In this document: positions 24,638 through 32,000 of the stretch, in pieces
Layout of the letters: every line of letters begins with the position of its first letter
Position numbering within the stretch: position 1 is the first letter of the stretch
Assembly (NCBI RefSeq): GCF_000012465.1
Contig: NC_007335.2
Span: forward strand, 1,020,001-1,052,000
Reading direction: 5' to 3'
Source: Prochlorococcus marinus str. NATL2A
Lineage (GTDB): Bacteria > Cyanobacteriota > Cyanobacteriia > PCC-6307 > Cyanobiaceae
Length of the DNA stretch: 32,000 nucleotides
Notes under the pieces: model-generated
Seen by the model: only the letters and a program-made list of their open reading frames with translations
The model's database searches: none
What the model was told of the DNA's origin: nothing
Position numbers and translations under genes: made by a program

Positions 24638-24793
24638 TTAACCTCCAATATTGTTCACATTAGAAGCTTTACTTACTTCGATTCCATAGTCTTTGGCAAG
24701 TTCAATCAACTCTTGCATTGATAAATCAACGAGATAGCTACGAATACATTGATAAGCATTAAAACTTTCAATACTTCTTCTCTCATTAAACAT
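24638..24793 (-). CDS. Hypothetical small protein, 51 aa from ATG 24793
   Basis: The track ORF starts at TTG 24847. The first in-frame ATG gives MFNERRSIESFNAYQCIRSYLVDLSMQELIELAKDYGIEVSK... Confidence 0.35.
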   Translation of the reverse strand: MFNERRSIESFNAYQCIRSYLVDLSMQELIELAKDYGIEVSKASNVNNIGG

Positions 24794-24988
24794 TGCACGA
24801 GAAATTCTTAAGGCTAAGGCTTCTTTAGTGAAGAGTGCACAAAACAACTATTTAGATATTATTCAAATTCAGGATATGTTCGTGTACAAATTATATTAAA
24901 AAAATCAAAAAACAAGACCAACATAGTCCTGCTCAAAGTCACACTCTCAAAATTGACCTTTTAATATTTTGATTTAGATGAATTAACG

Positions 24989-25201
24989 ATGGTAGAAGCA
25001 AAGAGAAACAAAAAACTTGGATTCATCCCAAAGACCTCCAAGACTTCAGAAAAGAAGGAGTTAATCAAAGAACCAAAAGGAAGGCTTATCTCATGGTCTC
25101 CTTGGCCTCCTGCTAATTTTAAAACTCGTTACCCAGCATTCCCTTTAGTTACGACTGTTTTGATTTTAATAATTTTACGCTGGTTAACATTGGCTAATTA
25201 A
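24989..25201 (+). CDS. Tail-anchored small protein, 70 aa
   Basis: Track ORF with a basic N-terminal half and the C-terminal TM FPLVTTVLILIILRWLTLA. Confidence 0.4.
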   Translation: MVEAKRNKKLGFIPKTSKTSEKKELIKEPKGRLISWSPWPPANFKTRYPAFPLVTTVLILIILRWLTLAN

Positions 25202-25252
25202 ATTAATTAATTAATAGCACAAGTGAAATGTTATATAAGGAATGTAGGTAAT

Positions 25253-25435
25253 TCAAAAGTGAAAATAAGGTATTTCTCTAGGAGGAGCAGAACGCATAGA
25301 ACAGATACCAAATTGCAAACATTCCATCACATCATCATCATATTTTGGCTTGTAATTAGAGAACAACTCAGACATTTCATTCTTCTGGGTAGGAACTCCA
25401 GAAAAATTATCAAACAATTGCTTTGAAAATGGCAT
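25253..25435 (-). CDS. ECLQFGIC-motif small protein, copy A, 60 aa
   Basis: Sequence MPFSKQLFDNFSGVPTQKNEMSELFSNYKPKYDDDVMECLQFGICSMRSAPPREIPYFHF. The antisense track ORF 25223-25426 is rejected. Confidence 0.65.
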   Translation of the reverse strand: MPFSKQLFDNFSGVPTQKNEMSELFSNYKPKYDDDVMECLQFGICSMRSAPPREIPYFHF

Positions 25436-25461
25436 AGTTAGAGATCTAAATAACCTTTTTA

Positions 25462-25517
25462 ATTTCTACTCATTTTGGTTAAATAAATCTATGGGGAGGA
25501 ACACTCAAGTATTTATA
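25462..25517 (-). promoter_or_regulatory. Conserved two-block leader of ECLQFGIC copy A
   Basis: The minus strand reads TATAAATACTT, then 35 nt, then GAGTAGAAAT, then 26 nt, then ATG. Confidence 0.4.
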
Positions 25518-25651
25518 CAGTCAAGGAAAGCTACTTCAATATATGTAGGTCAATTTTCTAGCGCTTTGCTTAAAATACAAATGTTTTATTAATGCGAAGT
25601 AATTTTTTCTCCACGCTCTACTCTATCTATCTCAATGTACAAACAATTAAA

Positions 25652-25909
25652 CTATTTTGATTTTTCTCTTTGAGTAAAACCATCAGGAGATTGAAGATAT
25701 GAAGTTTGGCCTAAATAGGGATCTTCACCAAAAAGATCATTCATCTGCATTTCTGTCATTTGGCTAGGAGCTTGAACAATTTCACTTGAATCTGACTCTT
25801 TAAGCGATAAATCTATTTCAACTGCATTAAGAGCAACAGGACAGACAATCAAAAGAAGACCAAGAGAGAAAGAAACAATTCTGAATAGCAATGAGTCATT
25901 CATTCTCAT
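25652..25909 (-). CDS. Secreted protein, 85 aa from ATG 25909
   Basis: Sequence MRMNDSLLFRIVSFSLGLLLIVCPVALNA... The longer track version would overlap the upstream micro-ORF, whose stop lies 4 nt before this ATG. Confidence 0.5.
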   Translation of the reverse strand: MRMNDSLLFRIVSFSLGLLLIVCPVALNAVEIDLSLKESDSSEIVQAPSQMTEMQMNDLFGEDPYLGQTSYLQSPDGFTQREKSK

Positions 25910-25913
25910 GAAC

Positions 25914-26069
25914 TTACCTATCGGAAGAATCGGAACTATCAACTTGCTCAATAGTCTCATCTTGACTTGCTTTATTCTTATTTGATAGAGAGCATCCACC
26001 TTCACCCCATGCCAAAACAGGAGCTGTCGTAAAAGAAAAGGCTAGTATTAAAGGAAGAATTTTATTCAT
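25914..26069 (-). CDS. Secreted micro-protein, 51 aa
   Basis: Hand translation gives MNKILPLILAFSFTTAPVLAWGEGGCSLSNKNKASQDETIEQVDSSDSSDR. Confidence 0.45.
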   Translation of the reverse strand: MNKILPLILAFSFTTAPVLAWGEGGCSLSNKNKASQDETIEQVDSSDSSDR

Positions 26070-26128
26070 AAGTACAAATAAGAAACAAATCAATATTAAA
26101 CCCTTTTCAGAAAGTCCGTTTAACTAAG

Positions 26129-26587
26129 TTAATTCATATCCATTTCCATTTCATTCATAGGAACCTCACTCTGATCATTATCTAATGGTCCTTCACTAAT
26201 TTCAGGCAAATTTTCTTCGATTACTTCAGGTAAAGATGGTTCAATAACTATCCCAAGAGGATTATCACCATTGTCTTCTAGAATTGAGGGCTCATCTAAT
26301 AGTGACTTGTCTTCTTGATCAATCAGTAATTCTGATTCTGTTAAAAGATTATTATCTTCGCTCGCTATTCTTTCACTATTATCCTTTATTAGTAATTTCG
26401 AAAGATCAACAACGTTTATGATTACCGACTTCTGACCTTCATACATATCTTGTATCAAATTAATTATTTCCCCAGATTTTGTGGGTTGGGAAATAAATGC
26501 AAAACAAGTCCAGCCAGCCAGAATAATTGAGATTAAGACAATAGAAATAAAAGCAGAATACATCGCTCTTATTATTGTTTTGATCAT
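26129..26587 (-). CDS. N-terminally anchored protein with long acidic tail, 152 aa
   Basis: Track ORF with the TM FISIVLISIILAGWTCFAFI and a very acidic, Pro/Glu-rich C-terminal half. Confidence 0.6.
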   Translation of the reverse strand: MIKTIIRAMYSAFISIVLISIILAGWTCFAFISQPTKSGEIINLIQDMYEGQKSVIINVVDLSKLLIKDNSERIASEDNNLLTESELLIDQEDKSLLDEPSILEDNGDNPLGIVIEPSLPEVIEENLPEISEGPLDNDQSEVPMNEMEMDMN

Positions 26588-26664
26588 TCGGGAACTTTAG
26601 ATATTGTTAAATCTAGGCACGTCATTTAATACTTAAAACGGCCTCTTCACACCCTGTAAAGGCG

Positions 26665-26719
26665 TATAAATACTTTGCGGTTTACTCTCTAGTTTTTGAC
26701 ACCTGATTAGAGTAGAAAT
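26665..26719 (+). promoter_or_regulatory. Conserved two-block leader of ECLQFGIC copy B
   Basis: TATAAATACTT, then 34 nt, then GAGTAGAAAT, then 26 nt (containing AAGGAG), then ATG. Confidence 0.4.
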
Positions 26720-26745
26720 GTAAAGAGTAATTAAGGAGTTTAATT

Positions 26746-26913
26746 ATGTCTTTTAATCCATTCAAACCTGTAATTCACAACATCCAAGCAATATTCAACA
26801 GTAATCTTCAAACTGAAAAACAACGAAAGGACGATGAACAGGAATGTTTACAGTTTGGGATTTGTGCTGTTCAAGCCCAATCACCTAGACCAGAAGAGTT
26901 GTATTTTGGATAA
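26746..26913 (+). CDS. ECLQFGIC-motif small protein, copy B, 55 aa
   Basis: Hand translation gives MSFNPFKPVIHNIQAIFNSNLQTEKQRKDDEQECLQFGICAVQAQSPRPEELYFG. AAGGAG sits 8 nt upstream. Confidence 0.65.
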   Translation: MSFNPFKPVIHNIQAIFNSNLQTEKQRKDDEQECLQFGICAVQAQSPRPEELYFG

Positions 26914-26927
26914 AAATAAATCCAGCA

Positions 26928-27068
26928 TCATGCGACTTCAGGAATATTTTCAATAAATTCATCTAATTCATGAAATTTTCGTTCTAAATAAATGATCTTT
27001 TTGGTTTCAGTCATTTCATCAGAATAAAATTTTACTGGCAAATGAGAAAGCAGGGTATCACCGCTCAT
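26928..27068 (-). CDS. Small protein of the MSGD...KFYS family, 46 aa
   Basis: Hand translation, checked base by base, gives MSGDTLLSHLPVKFYSDEMTETKKIIYLERKFHELDEFIENIPEVA. It is convergent with copy B, with stops 14 nt apart. Confidence 0.5.
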   Translation of the reverse strand: MSGDTLLSHLPVKFYSDEMTETKKIIYLERKFHELDEFIENIPEVA

Positions 27069-27242
27069 CAATCAATTTCAACTTAATTTTCAATCTATTA
27101 AACCTAATAATCTAAAAAAGCCAATCCCTACAGCTATTAAAATGTTGTATGCCTAATTTAAAATCTTCAAATAATTTCAAGAAAAACAAGTTGCTCAAAA
27201 TGTAAAAATCTTGATAGAAAAAACTATTGATTATTGAAACAG

Positions 27243-27298
27243 AATAAATACTTAAGTGTTTATTCTCTAGGTATCATTCACCCAATAGGAGTAGAAAT
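27243..27298 (+). promoter_or_regulatory. Conserved two-block leader of ECLQFGIC copy C
   Basis: AATAAATACTT, then 35 nt, then GAGTAGAAAT, then 25 nt, then ATG. Confidence 0.4.
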
Positions 27299-27323
27299 AA
27301 AATGTGGATCTTCGAGCGTGCTT

Positions 27324-27512
27324 ATGTCCTACGGAAATCGATTTGCTCAATTGTCTACAGAGGCTGCTGAAAATGCTGCTCGTCTTGTTCTTAGTCAACT
27401 ATCTGAAAGACTCAGCTTTTCAAAACATCCATCAAATAACGATGAAGAAATGGAGTGTTTGCAATTTGGTATCTGTTCTTATCAAGTTCAACCACAAAGA
27501 GTAAATTTCTAG
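27324..27512 (+). CDS. ECLQFGIC-motif small protein, copy C, 62 aa from ATG 27324
   Basis: Sequence MSYGNRFAQLSTEAAENAARLVLSQLSERLSFSKHPSNNDEEMECLQFGICSYQVQPQRVNF. The track starts it at an alternative codon at 27234, which would run through the conserved leader. Confidence 0.65.
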   Translation: MSYGNRFAQLSTEAAENAARLVLSQLSERLSFSKHPSNNDEEMECLQFGICSYQVQPQRVNF

Positions 27513-27522
27513 AGGTCATCAA

Positions 27523-27600
27523 ATGAAATACACTGAACTACTTTTAATATTTTCGTCATTGTCATTGACGTTTTTAGGTTTCTCTTTTCTCGCTATTTAA
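27523..27600 (+). CDS. Hydrophobic micro-peptide, 25 aa
   Basis: Sequence MKYTELLLIFSSLSLTFLGFSFLAI. It starts 10 nt after the copy C stop with AGAGG in between. A paralogue sits at 28115-28195. Confidence 0.5.
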   Translation: MKYTELLLIFSSLSLTFLGFSFLAI

Positions 27601-27660
27601 GAAAGAAGAAACCTTATAAAATATTAGACTGACAATTCTATCGCTGAATAGATTAGTAAA

Positions 27661-27993
27661 TCATTGATTATCAGAGTCCTCTAAAAGATCAGAATATTCT
27701 GAAAACTTTGCTATCGGCAACTCGGACGCGCTATTTGTTGATCTCACCAACAAAGCAGTTAATTCTGCTGTCCTTTTATTATTAGCAACATTGTTACCGT
27801 GAGCTGAAACTGCTGCTCCAGCCAAAAGGGCAGAGATTGGCTTCCACCAAGGTAAAGACTTTAAGTCATTCTTTTGAACTTCAGCCAAGAAGAACCCTAA
27901 ACCAAACAAAATACCAAATACAGCTCCTGACCAATGGCATATTTCGGCGGAAATAGATGTGCTTTTTTCAGCAGCAATAATTTGGTCTTCCAT
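27661..27993 (-). CDS. Two-TM membrane protein with acidic C-terminus, 110 aa
   Basis: Track ORF. The C-terminus FSEYSDLLEDSDNQ echoes that of the 33-aa ORF at 28195-28296. Confidence 0.6.
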   Translation of the reverse strand: MEDQIIAAEKSTSISAEICHWSGAVFGILFGLGFFLAEVQKNDLKSLPWWKPISALLAGAAVSAHGNNVANNKRTAELTALLVRSTNSASELPIAKFSEYSDLLEDSDNQ

Positions 27994-28114
27994 CAGGTAA
28001 AATCGAAAGCTAAGATTGTGATTACTTATTCAATATAAAAGCACTTTTTAAATCTAATGAACATAAGTAATTAATCCGATACAAGTCAGCCGTGTAAAAA
28101 AGGATGAATAATAT

Positions 28115-28195
28115 CTAATAAAAAACAAGCAAAGATATTCCTAAAAAAGAAAAAGACAATGAGAAAAAAATCAAAAGTAATTCAGTTGTTTTCAT
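28115..28195 (-). CDS. Hydrophobic micro-peptide, 26 aa
   Basis: Sequence MKTTELLLIFFSLSFSFLGISLLVFY, checked base by base. It has a TAATG overlap with the upstream ORF. Confidence 0.5.
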   Translation of the reverse strand: MKTTELLLIFFSLSFSFLGISLLVFY

Positions 28196-28296
28196 TACCA
28201 CTCAGAATCTTCTAAAAGATTTGAATATTGTTCGTAGTTGAAGAAAATATCCTCTTCTAATACTTCTTCTAATGAGACCCTATTGAAGTAAGTCAT
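28195..28296 (-). CDS. Acidic micro-protein, 33 aa
   Basis: Sequence MTYFNRVSLEEVLEEDIFFNYEQYSNLLEDSEW. Its N-terminus resembles copy C (MSYGNRF). Confidence 0.45.
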   Translation of the reverse strand: MTYFNRVSLEEVLEEDIFFNYEQYSNLLEDSEW

Positions 28297-28485
28297 TGCT
28301 AATTGTTTTGTTTAATTCTGTGGTACTTCAAACAAAAGTGTGCGTGAGTGATATTCGGTTTACATGGTTCGGTTCGATTTATTCATTGCTATACATTTTT
28401 ACCTTCAGCCAGACCAAGAGATAGCTTTAATGAAGCTAATTAGCTTATAAACATGATTAGTGATCAGCTAACAATTTTTTATTAG

Positions 28486-28815
28486 ATGTGTTGTAATGAA
28501 TTTTTCTTAGTAGTTAATGCAACTTATTTAATTCATTGGCAATTTCCTGATCAAGAAGCACATAAGAAAGGGGCCGACGTCTTTGCTCAATATGTTGAAA
28601 GTGGTTGCGAATCAGACAAGTTTGAAGGTTTTGAGGTCATAAACAGAGTCGTAAATCCTGAAGAAGCTAGTGGATGGGCGATTGTCAAAGCATCCGACCA
28701 AAAAGCAGTTTGGAAATGGTGCCAGCCTTGGTGTAAAGGATTTGGGAATAATGTTGAGGTAATTCCTGTTCTTACTGATAGTGAACATCTTGCTGTTCAT
28801 AAAGAGTTGGGTTAG
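28486..28815 (+). CDS. DUF3303-like protein, 109 aa (start uncertain)
   Basis: Track ORF containing YLIHWQFPDQ...WKWCQPWCKGFGNNVEVIPVLTDSE. The family call is from memory and tentative. Confidence 0.5.
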   Translation: MCCNEFFLVVNATYLIHWQFPDQEAHKKGADVFAQYVESGCESDKFEGFEVINRVVNPEEASGWAIVKASDQKAVWKWCQPWCKGFGNNVEVIPVLTDSEHLAVHKELG

Positions 28816-28927
28816 CAATCAAAGTCTTAAAAGTTAGAGGGGTCTGCCCCCCTTGATAATTTGGAATGGAAGCAAAAAATTAAAAGATATTTCTCTCAAA
28901 AGCAATTATTAATGAACACAGAAAGGC

Positions 28928-29098
28928 TTAACTCAGATGAAACACCTTATCGCTAAGTACAAAAATCAAAAGACCTATGGAACTCATTGCAAGTAGAATC
29001 CCACCAAAAACAAGCGTATTGTTTTTTTCAGGTTGTTGTTCAAGAACTTTTTGAACATTTTTGGTATTTGTTTTTTTTGCCTTCTTTTTCTTACTCAT
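28928..29098 (-). CDS. Tail-anchored small protein, 56 aa
   Basis: Hand translation, checked base by base, gives MSKKKKAKKTNTKNVQKVLEQQPEKNNTLVFGGILLAMSSIGLLIFVLSDKVFHLS. Confidence 0.45.
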   Translation of the reverse strand: MSKKKKAKKTNTKNVQKVLEQQPEKNNTLVFGGILLAMSSIGLLIFVLSDKVFHLS

Positions 29099-29219
29099 CA
29101 GCTTTAGAGTTATTTTTTTGATGAACTGAAACTATATATAGACACAACTTTTCATAGCACCCACCATTTCTTCTAATACCAATATTATTTGAGAATTAAT
29201 GGTTTTAGAAAAATACACT

Positions 29220-29774
29220 TCATTTGCCAACAATTTTGACTTGCCCCATTTTTAAACCAGTAATTTCAGATAAATCCTTTTTAAGCTTTTTGGAAGTTTT
29301 CCTTTTAAGCATTCTAAAATTCTGAGCAACGGTGCTTCCTTCAGAATTCTGACCAATGACTGAGAATAAGAAATTTTTACCTTTTCCTACTTGAGATCCT
29401 AGACGACCTCCTCCATAAACACCTCCAAGGAGAGCTGGTATACATAAAATTCCTGCACTTGCACCACATACTGCAATGCCCACAAATGCTCCTGTATAGG
29501 TCCCGCCAGCGGCACCTGCAACACCGAGGAGAAGATTATCTTCTTGTCGGACCGAGTACCACTGCGAAATATTATCTTTAGGGATAAAATCGGTTGGTCC
29601 TAAAAACCCCTCCTCTGAAAGAGTTATTTGACAATTAGAAACCTCAATACTTGAGTCGACATTACTTGCAGTGGATTGATCAATATCACATAAGGCCTTA
29701 TATACTTCTGCCTTTGTAGCGACTGGAGACAATAATCCTACGATTAGCAGAGGAGAGAGTAACAGTTTCACCAT
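29220..29774 (-). CDS. Secreted/membrane protein with glycine-zipper segment, 184 aa
   Basis: Signal peptide MVKLLLSPLLIVGLLSPVATKA and a Gly-rich hydrophobic block GVAGAAGGTYTGAFVGIAVCGASAGILCIPALLGGVYGGG. Confidence 0.65.
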   Translation of the reverse strand: MVKLLLSPLLIVGLLSPVATKAEVYKALCDIDQSTASNVDSSIEVSNCQITLSEEGFLGPTDFIPKDNISQWYSVRQEDNLLLGVAGAAGGTYTGAFVGIAVCGASAGILCIPALLGGVYGGGRLGSQVGKGKNFLFSVIGQNSEGSTVAQNFRMLKRKTSKKLKKDLSEITGLKMGQVKIVGK

Positions 29775-30433
29775 TTATTACGTGAGTCGAAGTCACGATA
29801 TTTTTTAGTTACTTTTTGATATTACCCAACGGATTTAATTCGACCACCTAAAACTCATAAAACTATCAAAGTAGTGTTTTCACACCCCCACTAGTTAATA
29901 AGAGGATTTATAACTATACTTAAGAGTTGTAATTAAGTTTTACTCCTTTCCATACACAAGAAAAGATATGGTTTAACTCAAATGCTTTCGAAAAACTCAA
30001 AAACTTTGTCTTACATACACTTAAATTTTCAATGTTTAAAATCTTTCGTACAAAATGGTTTAGATCCGCACCTGTTCTTGCAACACTATGGCTTTCAAGC
30101 ACTGCTGTCATCCTTATTGGTGTAAATAGCTATTTTCCTGACTATTTATTTATGCCCATGAGTTGACGTAGTATTTGATCCTGAGCAAATACTTACACAA
30201 TTTAAATTAACTTACGATTCACAAGTATATGGTGGTCAAAGTTTTTAGCAATTTTATTGGAGGAATTAGGACTTTCCCAATACCTTGCTGCGGATTCAAA
30301 AAAAATGACATATGTTAGTGACTGTGGTGACGTAGTTATTAATGATTCCAATCTCTATCAATAACTTTTGCTAAGCCGATATTTCAAATTTTATAATCTC
30401 ATATAAATTTTGGCTGACCAACATAAATTAAAG

Positions 30434-30604
30434 ATGCAAATCACACCTCTAGCATTGGCTTTCTCAGAGTGGGGAATTGGTAGATTCCCACTGGATTTAA
30501 TTGTTTTCCTATCTGTAGTACTGATTTTTGCTTTGCCAGCGGGTATTAATCGAAAAAAGATTTTTGTTGAAGGTGATGCATTTACAACTAGGCTGAGAAA
30601 CTAG
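30434..30604 (+). CDS. Small membrane protein, 56 aa from ATG 30434
   Basis: The track ORF starts at TTG 30410. The ATG version gives MQITPLALAFSEWGIGRFPLDLIVFLSVVLIFALPAGINRKK... Confidence 0.35.
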   Translation: MQITPLALAFSEWGIGRFPLDLIVFLSVVLIFALPAGINRKKIFVEGDAFTTRLRN

Positions 30605-31641
30605 AAAGAAAATGATAATTGACCTTAGAAATCAGCAAGAGATATCAAAAATATAGATAGTTGTCATTTAACAGAGAAACCCAACAGGAAAAAGTCGCAA
30701 GATAAAATCGTAAAACGATAAAATTCACCTGATTATGAATCTCTTGAATAGTCAGTGAAATGTTTTATTTTCTTCAACTCAGAGCACTTTTTTGGCTCAT
30801 AGACGATGTCATTTTTAACTAATTAAGTTGGGTGAACAACTATGGTTAAAATGATTTCCATTTAGTTAGCCTGCTATAACAACTTAAAGGCAACATTCCT
30901 CTCAACATTGCTTAGGCGAGGTAGTGGCATCCCTAGTAGACATACATTCTACAAATTAAGATTTTGACTTTCCTAAAAGGGTGTATAGAACAAATAGGCC
31001 GGATTATTGATGATTGTTTTTATTGACCATGACAAATACATTTACCCCCCTTCCAAGCAGAGCATTTCTTCTTTTTGCATTTCTTCTTTTTCTTCTTATC
31101 TCCCATAAGAGTTGAAATTTATTATTTGATTTTAATAGATGGAAATTTGTCTACTTCGAGTACCAATTTTATCAGCAATAGGAAAAACACTGTAATAAAT
31201 AAGTTGAATTCAATTTTTATTGGTTGTAATACTCAAACAATAAAAAATCAAAAAACAGTAACCTCAACAGCCACAAAAATAGACTATGTCTAATTTCTAA
31301 ACATGTTTTTTGGATGATGTTTTGGCAAAACCTCCTTTTTTAATTGTCCTAAGAGGCAACATATGATCTGTCCTCCTTTTATCTCAGCCTTTATTTGAAA
31401 AAGTTCAATAGCCTTCTGCTAAGGCGAATTATTTCAAATTTTTCAAATCATAAAATCAAAAAATTCCAGAATGAAATCTGTCATTTTGTCTCACATTCCA
31501 TATAAAAAAGAAGGTGAGATAAAAAGTTACTGGCTAGTGAAATAGCTGCAATGATTGGTGTTACGACATAAAAAGTTCATATTGTTACATTAAATACAAT
31601 CAAATTTGATTCTTTGATACATCCTTCTATCCATCGACTTG

Positions 31642-31812
31642 ATGATCATGACCAAAAAACTTACCTATCGGTACGCATTCACATTATTGAAAATGAAGAA
31701 TGCTGAAGGCAGAAATGAATATATGGATTTAGCCAAAGAAGCCAATCTCATATGGCATCAAATAGTTAGCCAAAAATCTAAATACACGCCTCGAATTAAC
31801 TGCAGAGCATAG
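31642..31812 (+). CDS. Hypothetical small protein, 56 aa
   Basis: Hand translation gives MIMTKKLTYRYAFTLLKMKNAEGRNEYMDLAKEANLIWHQIVSQKSKYTPRINCRA. Confidence 0.3.
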   Translation: MIMTKKLTYRYAFTLLKMKNAEGRNEYMDLAKEANLIWHQIVSQKSKYTPRINCRA

Positions 31813-31834
31813 TTAATTTATAAATTTTGTTTAA

Positions 31835-32000
31835 TCAAGCGAAAGCAGGATTATTCTCAACAACATTATTCTTTGGATTTTTAATCAACTGAAGGAATTG
31901 ATTTTTAACAAACGATCCAAAGCCAAGATCAATAAGGATGTGCAACACAAGGGAAATGCAAAAAACTACATAAAAAATTAAATGACAAATGAAAATATTT
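31835..32000 (-). CDS. FICH-IFYV family membrane protein, C-terminal 54 codons; the start lies beyond the right edge
   Basis: Open to the window edge. The sequence ...NIFICHLIFYVVFCISLVLHILIDLGFGSFVKNQFLQLIKNPKNNVVENNPAFA is paralogous to 13799-14026. Confidence 0.5.
   Translation of the reverse strand, partial: NIFICHLIFYVVFCISLVLHILIDLGFGSFVKNQFLQLIKNPKNNVVENNPAFA

Noticed and set aside
25223-25426. Track ORF (67 aa, +)
   Set aside because: It is antisense to ECLQFGIC copy A, which is supported by two paralogues and a conserved leader.
26984-27068. Apparent frameshift (pseudogene) in the MSGD-family ORF at a T-run around 26998-27002
   Set aside because: This was my own miscount of the homopolymer across a line break. 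A recount gives T5, and the 46-codon frame is intact from 27068 to 26928.
27304-27504. Track ORF (66 aa, + frame 2, GTG start), and the 27234 alternative start of copy C
   Set aside because: The frame-2 ORF has no paralogue support. The 27234 start would translate through the conserved non-coding leader blocks, whereas ATG 27324 gives an N-terminus (MSY...) matching the other copies.
25253-27512. Reading the ECLQFGIC ORFs as lanthipeptide/prochlorosin-type or other RiPP precursors
   Set aside because: There is no double-glycine leader junction and no Nif11/NHLP-like leader. No LanM, cyclodehydratase, radical-SAM or peptidase-transporter gene occurs anywhere in the window. The conserved part is the presumed core rather than the leader.
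29775-29810. Hairpin CGTGA-gtcgaag-TCACG next to a T-run just upstream of the 184-aa gene start
   Set aside because: As a + strand terminator it has nothing to terminate. As a 5' UTR hairpin it is only 5 bp. That is not enough to call a feature.
1-32000. CRISPR arrays, IS elements, integrases, prophage modules and known defence systems
   Set aside because: I looked for regularly spaced direct repeats, long terminal inverted repeats, and transposase, integrase, nuclease or ATPase-sized ORFs. None is present, and the largest unexplained ORFs are under 200 aa.

Overview
Visibly AT-rich window that reads like the chromosome of a high-light-adapted Prochlorococcus-type marine picocyanobacterium, running through a hypervariable, island-like stretch. 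The taxon call is an inference from gene content; no search was run. Recognisable anchors are purT (open to the left edge, absent from the ORF track), four tandem hli genes, a class-I glutamine amidotransferase, proline iminopeptidase, a HAD hydrolase, tRNA-Gly(CCC) and a long SelO/YdiU-type protein. Almost everything else is tightly packed tiny ORFs of 25-160 aa, many below the track's 60-aa cut-off and found by hand translation. Many have signal peptides or single TM helices and are often coupled by TAATG, TGATG or ATGA overlaps. Several form paralogue families within the window: an ECLQFGIC Cys-loop trio with a shared two-block leader; two 25/26-aa hydrophobic peptides each coupled to a small acidic ORF; a M-x-TPYH micro-protein pair behind a conserved 36-nt element; two KW[ST]P...CP proteins; two DUF1651-like proteins; a secreted two-Cys family; a MSGD...KFYS pair; and a FICH-IFYV membrane pair. 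Other notable items are a minimal CP12-like ORF and a DUF4278 micro-ORF behind a structured, GC-enriched leader that is a weak glutamine-II/Downstream-peptide riboswitch candidate. I saw no transposase, integrase, CRISPR array, rRNA or recognisable defence or biosynthetic enzyme cluster. The novelty here is small-protein and leader-RNA level, and all functional readings are hypotheses.
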